Assembly (NCBI GenBank): GCA_018303825.1
Contig: JAGVXK010000021.1
Span: forward strand, 32,001 to 96,000
Direction: 5' to 3'
Origin: Candidatus Pacearchaeota archaeon
GTDB taxonomy: Archaea > Nanobdellota > Nanobdellia > Pacearchaeales > GW2011-AR1
DNA length: 64,000 nt
Under the pieces are notes generated by a model. That model made no database searches and was not told where the DNA came from. It saw nothing but the letters and a program-made list of their open reading frames with translations. Positions 19,377 to 28,725 of the stretch are shown piece by piece. Within the stretch, counting starts at the first letter, position 1; the number at the start of each line of letters is the position of its first letter. A program made the position numbers and the translations under genes.

Positions 19377-20861
19377 TTATCCGCAATTATTATTTAACTG
19401 GCAGGCATATAAACCATTAATTTCCTGCTGTGAAAGATTTCTATTCCATATCATTACTTCGTCTATTGTTCCATTAAAAACAACCTCTGGATAAGGGAAG
19501 ATTCTCTTCAATGCGCCTATTGAAATATGACTTGGGTCACCATTTACCCCAAAGCTATCCGCTGCCCAATCACTTTGTGCCCCTGAGCCGCATGGATAAT
19601 TATTGAATGTAACTGTTTTTTCCACATTATCCAAAAATACCCTTATCTTATTTATTCCATCAGCCATAAAAACAACAAAATGCCAACTTCCATTATTAAC
19701 TTCAGCATCTGTGAAAAAGTGGCTCCAGCATCCTACTCCATTTATTTGATATTCGATAGTTAAATTCCCATTTGATACAAACCATGCATAATGGCCCCTC
19801 CAATTAAATATTTGATTTCCATATCCAATAATTATTCCGGAAGTAGATGAATTTGTCTTTATCCAGGCAGCAATAGTCCCTGATTGGGTGGTATCTAAAA
19901 GATCATCTGAATTGGTAATAGCGTAATCATCCAGCCCATCAAAATCGATTGCTTTTCCATAACCGTTTCTACCAGAAGAATAAATTGGCATCCCGCCATA
20001 AAATGTTCCATGATAATTGTTACCCGAGCTATCTAGAGTGTTGTCTTCCATTTTATAATAAGCTATCAATCCGCCTGCTGGAACAACAAATTGGAATGTC
20101 TGATTATTGGCACTTGCATTCACAGATTCTCCGATTGAAGCATTCTTAGCTCTTATATGATAATATTGCTGTGTTAAGGGCAACAAACCAAAATGTGCAT
20201 ACGAAACAATATTATTTGGAAGATCTATCAACAAAGAATATGGACCGTTGACATTGCCGGAATTCTCTAAAACATATCCTTCTTCATTTGAAACATCATT
20301 CCAGGTCAAATTAATGCTATCATAGGAAAGAGTGCTTGCTTTAAAATTGGCAGGAGGATTTATTGTTGGGACTGGAGGTGGTGCGATAATTCCCTGCCCA
20401 GAAGAGGAAATTGTATAGCAATCTTCCTGTTTTCCCTGCAATTCCCTCCCCTCTTTATTCAAAACAAAAGGGACAACACAAACCTTTGTTAAATTCATCA
20501 ATCCAGAACTATAAGAGATAGTTTTTCCAATTGTCTGCAATTCTTGCAGAGATTCGTTATATCTAAATGCCTTTTTATTCCCCTTAATGTCTTCTAAGAC
20601 AATAATAAAAGCGCTCATTGTTCCAATCCCTTCCTGCCTCTTGACAACTAATGATATATCTGTGCTATTTACCTTTACAGATTCTTCAGGAACTGTCAAT
20701 CTTGTTGTAAATACAGAAGCATCTACCTGACTTCCAGATTTAGAAATATTATACTTGAAGAATGCCCATATTAAAATGATCAAAGCCAAGGCAAGAAGTA
20801 TAATTAAGATAGTGGTAATTATCGCGCTTATCCCTTTTTTGTTCACCATCCTTTTATTCAT
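19377..20861 (-). CDS. Type IV pilin-like protein with FN3 and LamG domains
   Basis: Class III signal KKG/ISAIITTILIILLALALIILIW; FN3-like INLTWND...YYHIRAKN; LamG FDGLDDY, WHFVV, FNGTIDEVMIW. Confidence 0.85.
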   Translation of the reverse strand: MNKRMVNKKGISAIITTILIILLALALIILIWAFFKYNISKSGSQVDASVFTTRLTVPEESVKVNSTDISLVVKRQEGIGTMSAFIIVLEDIKGNKKAFRYNESLQELQTIGKTISYSSGLMNLTKVCVVPFVLNKEGRELQGKQEDCYTISSSGQGIIAPPPVPTINPPANFKASTLSYDSINLTWNDVSNEEGYVLENSGNVNGPYSLLIDLPNNIVSYAHFGLLPLTQQYYHIRAKNASIGESVNASANNQTFQFVVPAGGLIAYYKMEDNTLDSSGNNYHGTFYGGMPIYSSGRNGYGKAIDFDGLDDYAITNSDDLLDTTQSGTIAAWIKTNSSTSGIIIGYGNQIFNWRGHYAWFVSNGNLTIEYQINGVGCWSHFFTDAEVNNGSWHFVVFMADGINKIRVFLDNVEKTVTFNNYPCGSGAQSDWAADSFGVNGDPSHISIGALKRIFPYPEVVFNGTIDEVMIWNRNLSQQEINGLYACQLNNNCG

Positions 20862-20895
20862 TAATCAATAAGAATAACTGCATTTAAAATACTTT

Positions 20896-21111
20896 TTATA
20901 AAACTTCAAAGACCGAATCCTTGTTCATATCCTGACCGGCAAAATCTATCCTGCCTGGCGGCGTCCCAATTTTTCTGGAAAGCATATGTATAATCACATT
21001 TGCAGAATCATCATCTTGCTCAAAAGGAAGGTAAAGAAGATACTTATTCCCTCCAAAATTCTCAAAATATTCCTTTGACGCATTGAATTTTACTTTTACT
21101 GTGACTTTCAT
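20896..21111 (-). CDS. Small DUF167/YggU-like protein, copy 1
   Basis: 71 aa; 80 bp (20969-21048) identical to 19045-19124. Confidence 0.65.
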   Translation of the reverse strand: MKVTVKVKFNASKEYFENFGGNKYLLYLPFEQDDDSANVIIHMLSRKIGTPPGRIDFAGQDMNKDSVFEVL

Positions 21112-21122
21112 TTTTCTTATAA

Positions 21123-21371
21123 TTAACTCTTAAATGCCTTGAACCACCTGACAATTGCTGGCTCCCTATTGAGCTCAATATTCAATGATACATTTCCAGT
21201 CATTTTTTTCAAAATTAAGAATATCAAAAGCAAGACAACAATAATAACCAAAGACCACATAATATATCTCAACAGCTTGCTCTTCCTACTACTATTAACA
21301 TTCAATCTCCTTTCAATGTCCCTCCTATTAATTCTTTTAACATATAATTTTTTCACTTTCTTTTTTGCCAT
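21123..21371 (-). CDS. Small single-pass membrane protein
   Basis: Basic N-terminus, one TM helix, then TGNVSLNIELNREPAIVRWFK. Confidence 0.7.
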   Translation of the reverse strand: MAKKKVKKLYVKRINRRDIERRLNVNSSRKSKLLRYIMWSLVIIVVLLLIFLILKKMTGNVSLNIELNREPAIVRWFKAFKS

Positions 21372-21409
21372 ATTAAAAAATCAAGGAAAAAAGAGTATAT
21401 AAGTATTTC

Positions 21410-21769
21410 TTAACTTTTACTTTGATCAACATTTCTTGAATACAAAGTTGAATCAAACAATATCATAGAACCTATTCCACTGTCCTTTGTCACATCAAAT
21501 ATCCTGTTGCTAACTTCGTAATGTTGTTTTACTTCCTCCTGGAGAAGTTCAATCAAACTTCTCTTTACTCTATTGTAAGTTCCATAATAGTCAAAATCGT
21601 AGGGCTTTGGTAAGCCTTCAAGCTTCATTGCATAATGATGTGCGCATAATTTTAAATCTCTAAGAAAAAAGGCGACAGTTTTTCTAAATTCTTTGTCTGT
21701 TGCATACTTATGTCCAAAAACCGCTCTACGGGACATCATATCATTAACAATTTCCTTAAAGCTTTCCAT
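21410..21769 (-). CDS. Hypothetical protein
   Basis: 119-aa co-oriented ORF. Confidence 0.6.
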   Translation of the reverse strand: MESFKEIVNDMMSRRAVFGHKYATDKEFRKTVAFFLRDLKLCAHHYAMKLEGLPKPYDFDYYGTYNRVKRSLIELLQEEVKQHYEVSNRIFDVTKDSGIGSMILFDSTLYSRNVDQSKS

Positions 21770-21779
21770 TTTTCTGCTC

Positions 21780-22976
21780 CTATTTAGTCATAATCTCAAA
21801 GCCATCCATATGGTTTAATTTATAATCTTTCCCAACCGCCTTTTTAGTTCTTACATCTACTGCTTTCACAAAATTCTTCCCAATATCAGAATGTAATCTA
21901 TAGGCAAAGTCAAGGGCAGTGCTGCCTTTCTTCATTAAATAACAATCTGGAAGAATATTTCCTTTTGAATCAGCCAATTTATCTCCCGCTGGAAATATAG
22001 CGATGTATCCTAGAACTTCAAGGACTGTTTTATTCAAAACTTGCTGCACCCCAGTAGTCCCAAACTCGTTCACGACTTCTTTTATCCTATCAAGAGCCTG
22101 CTTTTGCTTTCCGGAAAGCTCTTTTTTCTCAATAAATAAGCTTTCTCCTGCAACATATTCAATTAATCCTGCCTTGTCTGCCTCCCTTAATGCTAATTCC
22201 CCGTCAGCAAAGCAAGGAACCATAGGATAATCAAACTCTTTTTTTACTTTTTCATAATTTGCAGGTCCATTTGGAGTATCAACTTTATTTGCGGCAATTA
22301 CCATTGGTTTTGTATATCTTCTTAATTCTCTTGCGAAATTAAATACTTGTTCATCAGTCCAGGAAGCAGGCTTTTCATAATTTAATTGCATTTTTAGCAT
22401 TAAATGCTTAACATCATCTACAGTTACTTTCAATCCAGAAAACTGCTTTGCAACAGATTCAGCAAAATTAGAGTGCTGCATTTCTAATGTTCTTGCAAAA
22501 GTCTTCCAAACTTTTCTTAAAATCCCACTATACCATAAATCCAATTCCTTTTCAATTATTCTTATGTCATTTCCAGGATAATAGTCTTTTGTTGGCTTTC
22601 CTACCCCGTCAAATTCTCCTGACATGTCAACAATATGAATAAATGCATCTGCGGCGCTTAAATCAGCAAGGAATTCATTACCCAATCCTTTTCCCTCTGA
22701 AGCACCTTCAACAAGTCCAGCAACGTCCATTAAATCAAAGGGGACAAATCTCCATATTTTATCCCCTGCTTTTCTAACATAGCCCTCTCTCGGATTGCTT
22801 ATCTTCCCAAATTCAGCCGCAAGGTCAGGAATTTTGATATATCCCATCCCATGATTAGGTTTTATTGTCGCGAAGGGATAGCTCGCAATAAGAACATCCA
22901 TGAGCGTTGCTGCCTTAAAGAAAGTTGATTTGCCTGCGTTGGGCCTTCCTAGAACACCAATTAACATATATCGCAA
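21780..22976 (-). CDS. ychF: Redox-regulated ATPase / translation-associated GTPase YchF (archaeal type)
   Basis: GRPNAGKSTFF, YPFATIKPN, DVAGLV, ANKVD, C-terminal TGS (GSTALDFAYRLHSDIG). Confidence 0.93.
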   Translation of the reverse strand: MRYMLIGVLGRPNAGKSTFFKAATLMDVLIASYPFATIKPNHGMGYIKIPDLAAEFGKISNPREGYVRKAGDKIWRFVPFDLMDVAGLVEGASEGKGLGNEFLADLSAADAFIHIVDMSGEFDGVGKPTKDYYPGNDIRIIEKELDLWYSGILRKVWKTFARTLEMQHSNFAESVAKQFSGLKVTVDDVKHLMLKMQLNYEKPASWTDEQVFNFARELRRYTKPMVIAANKVDTPNGPANYEKVKKEFDYPMVPCFADGELALREADKAGLIEYVAGESLFIEKKELSGKQKQALDRIKEVVNEFGTTGVQQVLNKTVLEVLGYIAIFPAGDKLADSKGNILPDCYLMKKGSTALDFAYRLHSDIGKNFVKAVDVRTKKAVGKDYKLNHMDGFEIMTK

Positions 22977-22997
22977 AGAAAATAGGAGTTTAATAAA

Positions 22998-23567
22998 TTA
23001 TTTGTTTTCAAGTTTTTCACCAATATTCTTATATATCTCTTCTATCTGCTTCACTGACCCTGCTAAATCTCCCTCATTAACAATTACAAAATGAGCCATT
23101 TCAATAAGCTTCCCAGTTTGTTGACCCATAGGGTCATTTACATCAAAATTATCCCTCTCATCCATTTTTAGAAAATCTTCCCATGTTTTTGGGTCAGATG
23201 ATTTGTTTCTTCTCAAAATCCTCTCAAATCTAGCTTTTTGTGGAGCATCAACTCCAATCAAAACAAAATCCTTTACCGCCTCTTTGAGAAAGACGGCTTC
23301 CCCTGTATTCCTTAAACTATCTATGATATAGTTTTTTCCAGGCTCCATCTTATTCAAAAACATCTTCATCAAAACACCAACCCCTTGCTCCTTCCTCAAC
23401 CTATCAGCCAAATCCTGCTGATTCTTTCTAGTTATTTCCATTCCTTTTTTTTGTAGCTCTTCATTTATTAATTTAAAAGTTTCAAAATAGATAAACCCCT
23501 TATCCCTCAAAAATTGGGTAAGCGTCTCTTTCCCAGCGCCAACTCTTCCACACATACCAATAATCAT
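22998..23567 (-). CDS. P-loop nucleoside/nucleotide kinase (dephospho-CoA/adenylate-kinase-like)
   Basis: N-terminal GRVGAGKET Walker A, IDSLRN, DAPQKARFERI. Confidence 0.8.
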   Translation of the reverse strand: MIIGMCGRVGAGKETLTQFLRDKGFIYFETFKLINEELQKKGMEITRKNQQDLADRLRKEQGVGVLMKMFLNKMEPGKNYIIDSLRNTGEAVFLKEAVKDFVLIGVDAPQKARFERILRRNKSSDPKTWEDFLKMDERDNFDVNDPMGQQTGKLIEMAHFVIVNEGDLAGSVKQIEEIYKNIGEKLENK

Positions 23568-23672
23568 AAAACTAAATTAGAAACTTGCTATAAATACCTA
23601 AGCTATCATTTTATGATAGCAAATTTATCTATCTTTAACAAGATTTATTAAAAAACAAATCCCGCTAAAAAG

Positions 23673-24494
23673 ATGAATTTACAAGAGTTAGTAAAAATTT
23701 CCCGAATAGAAATTCTTCCCTTTAAGTCTGTTATCCAAAAGTTAAACATCATTCCGGAAAGAACCAGCATTCAAATAGCAACCCACAATTTATCAAAAAC
23801 CCTTGATTTTTTGTCAATGGTTCACGGAAGATTCAACCTCAACTTTATTCCTCATCTTCCAGCGAGATTATTTAACAATGAATACCAATTATTGCAAACA
23901 TTAGACTCATTAGCGGAAATGCAGGTTAGAGATATATTTGTCATAGGCGGAGATGAAAAATCTCCAAAAGGTCCATATTCAAATTCATTTAATATATTTG
24001 AAAGAATGCACAAACTTGGATACACCTCCTTGTTTAAAGAAATAGGAACAGGAATTTATCCAAGCGGACACCCATTTCTTTCAGATAAAGTAACATTTGA
24101 GGCATTAAAATTAAAACATCAGTTTGTAACATATCTAGAATGCAACCTTGACTTCAATCCAAGGAATATCTCTAATTATATCTCAAAAATAAGAAAAGAA
24201 GGAATTGACAAGCCAGTTATTGTTTCTGCTCTAGGAGCAGTTGACAAGAAAAATCTTTTTCCATTATTAAAAGAATTCAGCCCAAGAAAGACAATTCGTT
24301 ATCTGGCTCTCCACCCCCTCCTTTTACTGAACCTTACAAGAGGAAGATATACTCCAGATAAATTCTTAGAATCCCTGGATGATAACCTTGCTAAGGACAA
24401 TAACGTTGAACAAATCAGAGGACTTATCTTCTCAACCTTCAACAGCTTAGAAAGCCATTACAAGTGGATGCACAAATATTTAAATACAAACTGA
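23673..24494 (+). CDS. Methylenetetrahydrofolate reductase (MetF)-like flavoprotein
   Basis: FIPHLPAR, IFVIGGD, GIYPSGHP, KLKHQF, divergent TQ-like LECNLDF. Confidence 0.7.
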   Translation: MNLQELVKISRIEILPFKSVIQKLNIIPERTSIQIATHNLSKTLDFLSMVHGRFNLNFIPHLPARLFNNEYQLLQTLDSLAEMQVRDIFVIGGDEKSPKGPYSNSFNIFERMHKLGYTSLFKEIGTGIYPSGHPFLSDKVTFEALKLKHQFVTYLECNLDFNPRNISNYISKIRKEGIDKPVIVSALGAVDKKNLFPLLKEFSPRKTIRYLALHPLLLLNLTRGRYTPDKFLESLDDNLAKDNNVEQIRGLIFSTFNSLESHYKWMHKYLNTN

Positions 24495-24507
24495 ACTCAT
24501 AAGAAAG

Positions 24508-24684
24508 ATGATAAAAAATAATTATGAGATTTTAGAAAAAGAATATGTTGTTCCTATCCTAACTCTAGGCACTGGCGATGAAACAGGACATTTTAGAATA
24601 ATTAAGCCAGAGGATGATCTTGAAGGGGAAGCAAGAGAAGCCTTTTTGCATCTTCAAAGAATGTTTCCTCCAAGAGATAAGTAA
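24508..24684 (+). CDS. 58-aa hypothetical protein missed by the ORF track
   Basis: MIKNNYEILEKEYVVPILTLGTGDETGHFRIIKPEDDLEGEAREAFLHLQRMFPPRDK; starts 14 bp after the metF-like stop. Confidence 0.6.
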   Translation: MIKNNYEILEKEYVVPILTLGTGDETGHFRIIKPEDDLEGEAREAFLHLQRMFPPRDK

Positions 24685-24710
24685 ACTAATTTCATCTTTA
24701 AAAACATAAA

Positions 24711-24725
24711 ACATGATCCCGCTGG
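24711..24725. repeat. att-like direct repeat (distal copy of the tRNA-Ile 3' end)
   Basis: ACATGATCCCGCTGG, identical to 33340-33354. Confidence 0.85.
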
Positions 24726-24865
24726 TCAGCCATACATTCTGTCTACTTCGAGTATCAGTCAATTTGATATTTTTTCACTTGTATATTACTTTAGCATCGC
24801 TAGTATTTATATTTTTTGGATATAATTGATACTAGGTCCACACCGACAGCCATCAAAATTGTTTA

Positions 24866-27479
24866 TCAGAAATGTTCCAGTTTGAAAAAATTCTTCTTTT
24901 CGTTTAATTTTTTTAAGATATTAAATATAATAACTATAATAATTGCAGAGACTATTCCAAACAGCCAGCCAGCCACTCCTATTGGAACGGTTCCAAACGC
25001 TTTGTTTAAAGGAGTATAAATGATAGCTATTGTTGCTAGGATAGAGACTATTGAGGCATAAAGTAAGTATTTATTTACTTTTAATGATTCAAATGACACT
25101 TTGTGCCTAAAAGACATAAAGCTATACGCATTAGCTATTTCTAAACAAATCAATGATAGTAAGGCTGTTGTTCTTGCAAACTCAGTAGTTTGATGAAGGA
25201 CATTAAAACTTACAAAGAAAACAACTAAGGTCAGTATCGCCATAGATATTCCTGCAATTCCTAGCCAAATTATAAGTGATTTGTTCAATATTTCTTTTTT
25301 CTTTCTTGGTTTTTCTTCCATAATATCTAAAGAAGAAGGAGTTAGTGCAAGGGTTATCGCAGGGAGGTCATCTGTAACAAGATTCATGAATAATATTTGA
25401 AGTGCGAGAAGTAATGGAATCTGCCAACCAAGGAATGGGGCAAGCAACACTCCAAAAAACAATATCATAAGCTCGGCGTAATTGCATGATAATTGATAAC
25501 TAATAAATTTTCTAATGTTCTTGAATATAGTTCTTCCTTCTCTTATTGCCATGACTATAGTTGCAAAATTATCATCTTTTAATGTTAAATCTGCGACTTC
25601 TCTTGAGACATCTGTTCCGTTTTTACCCATTGCCACTCCAATGTGGGCTTCTTTAAGAGCTGGAGCGTCATTAACCCCATCTCCAGTCATTGTAACAATT
25701 TCCCCATTTAATTTTAATGCTTTAACAATCATTAATTTATGTTCGGGTCTTACTCTTGCAAAAACAACTATCTCATTAACTATCTTTGAAAGTTCAATTT
25801 CAGTCATTTTATCCAAATCTTTTCCTTCTATTACTCTACCACGTAATCCTATCTTTTTAGAGATGGCCAAAGCGGTTTCCTTATTATCTCCAGTAATCAT
25901 CTTTACACTTATTCCAGCACGTATGCATAAAGATATAGACTCCTTGACTTCCTCTCTTGGAGGATCTTCCATTCCAACTAGACCTAAAAAGATTAGGTCC
26001 TCTTCAAAATGGTCTTTGTTAAATGAGCTTACTTTTTTATATGCAATTGCCAGTGTTCTTAATGAGTCAGAAGCAAGGTCATTACTTATATTGAGAATAT
26101 TTTCTCTTCCTTTTCCAGTCAATGTAAACTCTCCTCCTTCTTTTTGTATCTTTTTACACTTTGTTAATAATATCTCTGGAGCTCCCTTAGAAAACACATA
26201 TTTTTCTTTGTTAAGCTCGCATAAAACAGACATCATCTTCCTTTTAGAGTCAAAAGGCATTTCTTCTATTATTTTAAAGTTTAAATCCTCTCTGTGTATA
26301 TTTGCTTTTGCAGCCATTATTAATAAGGATGCTTCTGTAGGAGTTCCGTTTATGTTGTAAAGATTATCTTCTCCAGTCCTTTCTATCCTTGCATCATTGC
26401 AAATAATTGAGCTTTTTATTAAAAGAGATAAAACATTATCTTTTTGAACATTTATCTGCTTATTACCTATTAAGAAATCTCCTTTTCCTTCAAAACCTGT
26501 CCCAGTTATATTTATTAAATGATTGTCTGCGAAAACTTTGCTTACAGTCATCTCTCCCTTAGTTATTGTTCCCGTTTTATCCGAACATATAACTGTTGTT
26601 TCTCCAAGAGTCTCAATTATTGACATTCTATTCACAATTGCATTTTTCTGAGCCATGCTATATACTCCTTTAGCAAGGGCAGTAATCAAGACTACTGGAA
26701 ATCCTTCTGGGAAAGCAGAAACGGCTAGTGCAATCATCAATATTAAAGCATCAATAAAGAGATTTTCAGACGGAGGGCTTATGAAAATCATAAATAATCC
26801 TGTAAGTACGGAAAAGACAATAGCTACGATAGCCATATATTTGGAAATTTTATTAACTTTGTTTTGAAGTGGAAGTTCTTTTTCAGCAGTTGAAATCATA
26901 CTTGCAATGCTTCCAAATTTTGTATTCATTTTTTCCATTTACTACAAATGTCCCCATGAAAAGAGTATTTTTTTCAGAATAGTCTTTTTCACTCTTCGTA
27001 GCTATTTTTTCTACTTCCTTTGATTCCCCCGTAAGTATAGACTCATTAACTAAAAGTTCTTTTTCTTCAATAACTATGCAATCAGCAGGAACTTTTTCAC
27101 CGTTTCTTAATAAAATAATATCTCCGGGAACTATATTCTTGGAAAGAATTTCTTTTTCTTTTCCATCTCTTATCACAATCGAAATAGGCACAAGCATATT
27201 CTTTAGAGACTTAATTGCTTTTTCGGCTTTGTATTCTTGGATAAATCCTGTAAAAATAAGAACAAGAATAACTGCTAATATGACGTAAGCAGTTATTGAT
27301 TTCCCAACAATAAAAGATAATGCTGCCGCAATAATAAGCAGATAAATGATATAATTCTTCTTTATTTGTCTAAACAGTATTTTTATTGGAGATATTACTA
27401 AGTTTTCCCTGATCTCGTTCAACCCATATTGTTCAAGTCTTTTCTCTGCTTCTTTTTCAGTTAATCCTCTTTTTTCCAT
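24866..27479 (-). pseudogene. Cation-transporting P-type ATPase (Ca2+/type II-like), split by a frameshift near 26930
   Basis: N-part has GLNE, LTGES; C-part has PEGF, DKTGT, KGAPE, MITGD, TGDGVNDAPAL; the junction NGK|MNTKFG lacks about 9 codons and changes frame. Confidence 0.85.
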
Positions 27480-27604
27480 TTCAGCTTTAACACAGAGAAG
27501 CTTTATATAATTAATCAAAAGATATCGCAAGAATATGTGATAGGTTGGGTATAAGATTGTTTGACCAACTAAAAATTTAAATAACCTAAGAACTCAGATA
27601 AGTT

Positions 27605-28723
27605 ATGCCTTTCAAAAGAATAATAGAGAGGCTAAAAGATGCTTTAGTTGATGTAGAAAATTTATTTTTGAAAAAAGAAAGTAAAGTGTCCTTAGTCATT
27701 CCAGCGTTTAATGAAGAGAAAACTGTAGCGCGAGTTATTGGTGAAGCAAGAAAAGTCAAGGGACTTTCCGAAATAATCTTAGTTGATGATGGTTCAGTAG
27801 ATAAAACGCCCGAAATAGCCGAGAAATTAGAAGTTAATGTAATCAGGCACCACTCAAATCTCGGAAAGGGAGAAGCATTAAGAACGGGAATATCTGCCGC
27901 TAAAGGAGATATAATCGTCTTTATAGATGCAGATTGGAAGAATGTAACTCCTGAAAAAATTAAATCTCTCTTCTTACCAATATTAAAAAATAAAGCAGAT
28001 TTCACAAAAGCATCTTTCTCATTAAAAAGAGGGAGGGTCACTGAGGTGGCTATAAAACCAATAATGAAAATTTTATATCCCTCATCTAAATTTAAACAAC
28101 CCATTAGTGGGCAGTTTGCTGGGAAAAAGGATTTTTTAGAAAAGCTGAAGATAGAGCCTAGGTGGGGCATTGATATCTCTATCCTATTGGATGCCATAGA
28201 ACATGGGCAAAGAATTTCCGAGGTAGATGTTGGGGAAGTTGTTCATAAGGGCAGGACAATGGAGGAAAAGGCGGAAATGTCTGAGCAAGTATTGGAAACC
28301 ATACTGAAAAAATCAGGACTTTTATGCTCAAAGCATAAATTAATAATTTTCTCAGATAAAACCCTATTTCAGTATGATAGACTTTCCGAGACTTCTTTAA
28401 AGATGATAGATATACTGAGGAGAAAAAGATTAAGATTATTTTTATTTACAACTAAAGATGTAAGGCCTGAATATAGGAGCAAATTTGATAAAATTATAAA
28501 AATAGATTTGAATCCAGAACATATCGCACTTGATGCAAAACAACAAGCAAAAAAGACGAATGTGAGATTAAGTGAGGTTATACTTGTAGCTAACATGCAG
28601 GGATTTGAGGATTTGGCCCGCTCGGTTGACAAATCTTTTTGTTTCGAAAAATCACCACAAAAATTGAAAAATGAGAGTAAGATAATTAAAACCCTACCAG
28701 AGCTTTTCATATATCTTGAATAA
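27605..28723 (+). CDS. GT2 glycosyltransferase, GpgS/MpgS-like, with degenerate C-terminal HAD-like domain
   Basis: VIPAFNEE, DDGS, GKGEAL, FIDAD, GRVTE, QPISGQFAG, WGIDISILLD; C-terminal LIIFSDKTL / LFLFTT / EVILVAN. Confidence 0.8.
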   Translation: MPFKRIIERLKDALVDVENLFLKKESKVSLVIPAFNEEKTVARVIGEARKVKGLSEIILVDDGSVDKTPEIAEKLEVNVIRHHSNLGKGEALRTGISAAKGDIIVFIDADWKNVTPEKIKSLFLPILKNKADFTKASFSLKRGRVTEVAIKPIMKILYPSSKFKQPISGQFAGKKDFLEKLKIEPRWGIDISILLDAIEHGQRISEVDVGEVVHKGRTMEEKAEMSEQVLETILKKSGLLCSKHKLIIFSDKTLFQYDRLSETSLKMIDILRRKRLRLFLFTTKDVRPEYRSKFDKIIKIDLNPEHIALDAKQQAKKTNVRLSEVILVANMQGFEDLARSVDKSFCFEKSPQKLKNESKIIKTLPELFIYLE

Positions 28724-28725
28724 AA

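Noticed and set aside
23658-23667. ATCCCGCT as a third, degenerate att copy upstream of the metF-like gene
   Set aside because: Only an 8-bp match, expected by chance in 64 kb
24565-24762. 65-aa minus-strand ORF from the track
   Set aside because: Spans the att repeat and overlaps a better plus-strand 58-aa ORF coupled to the upstream gene
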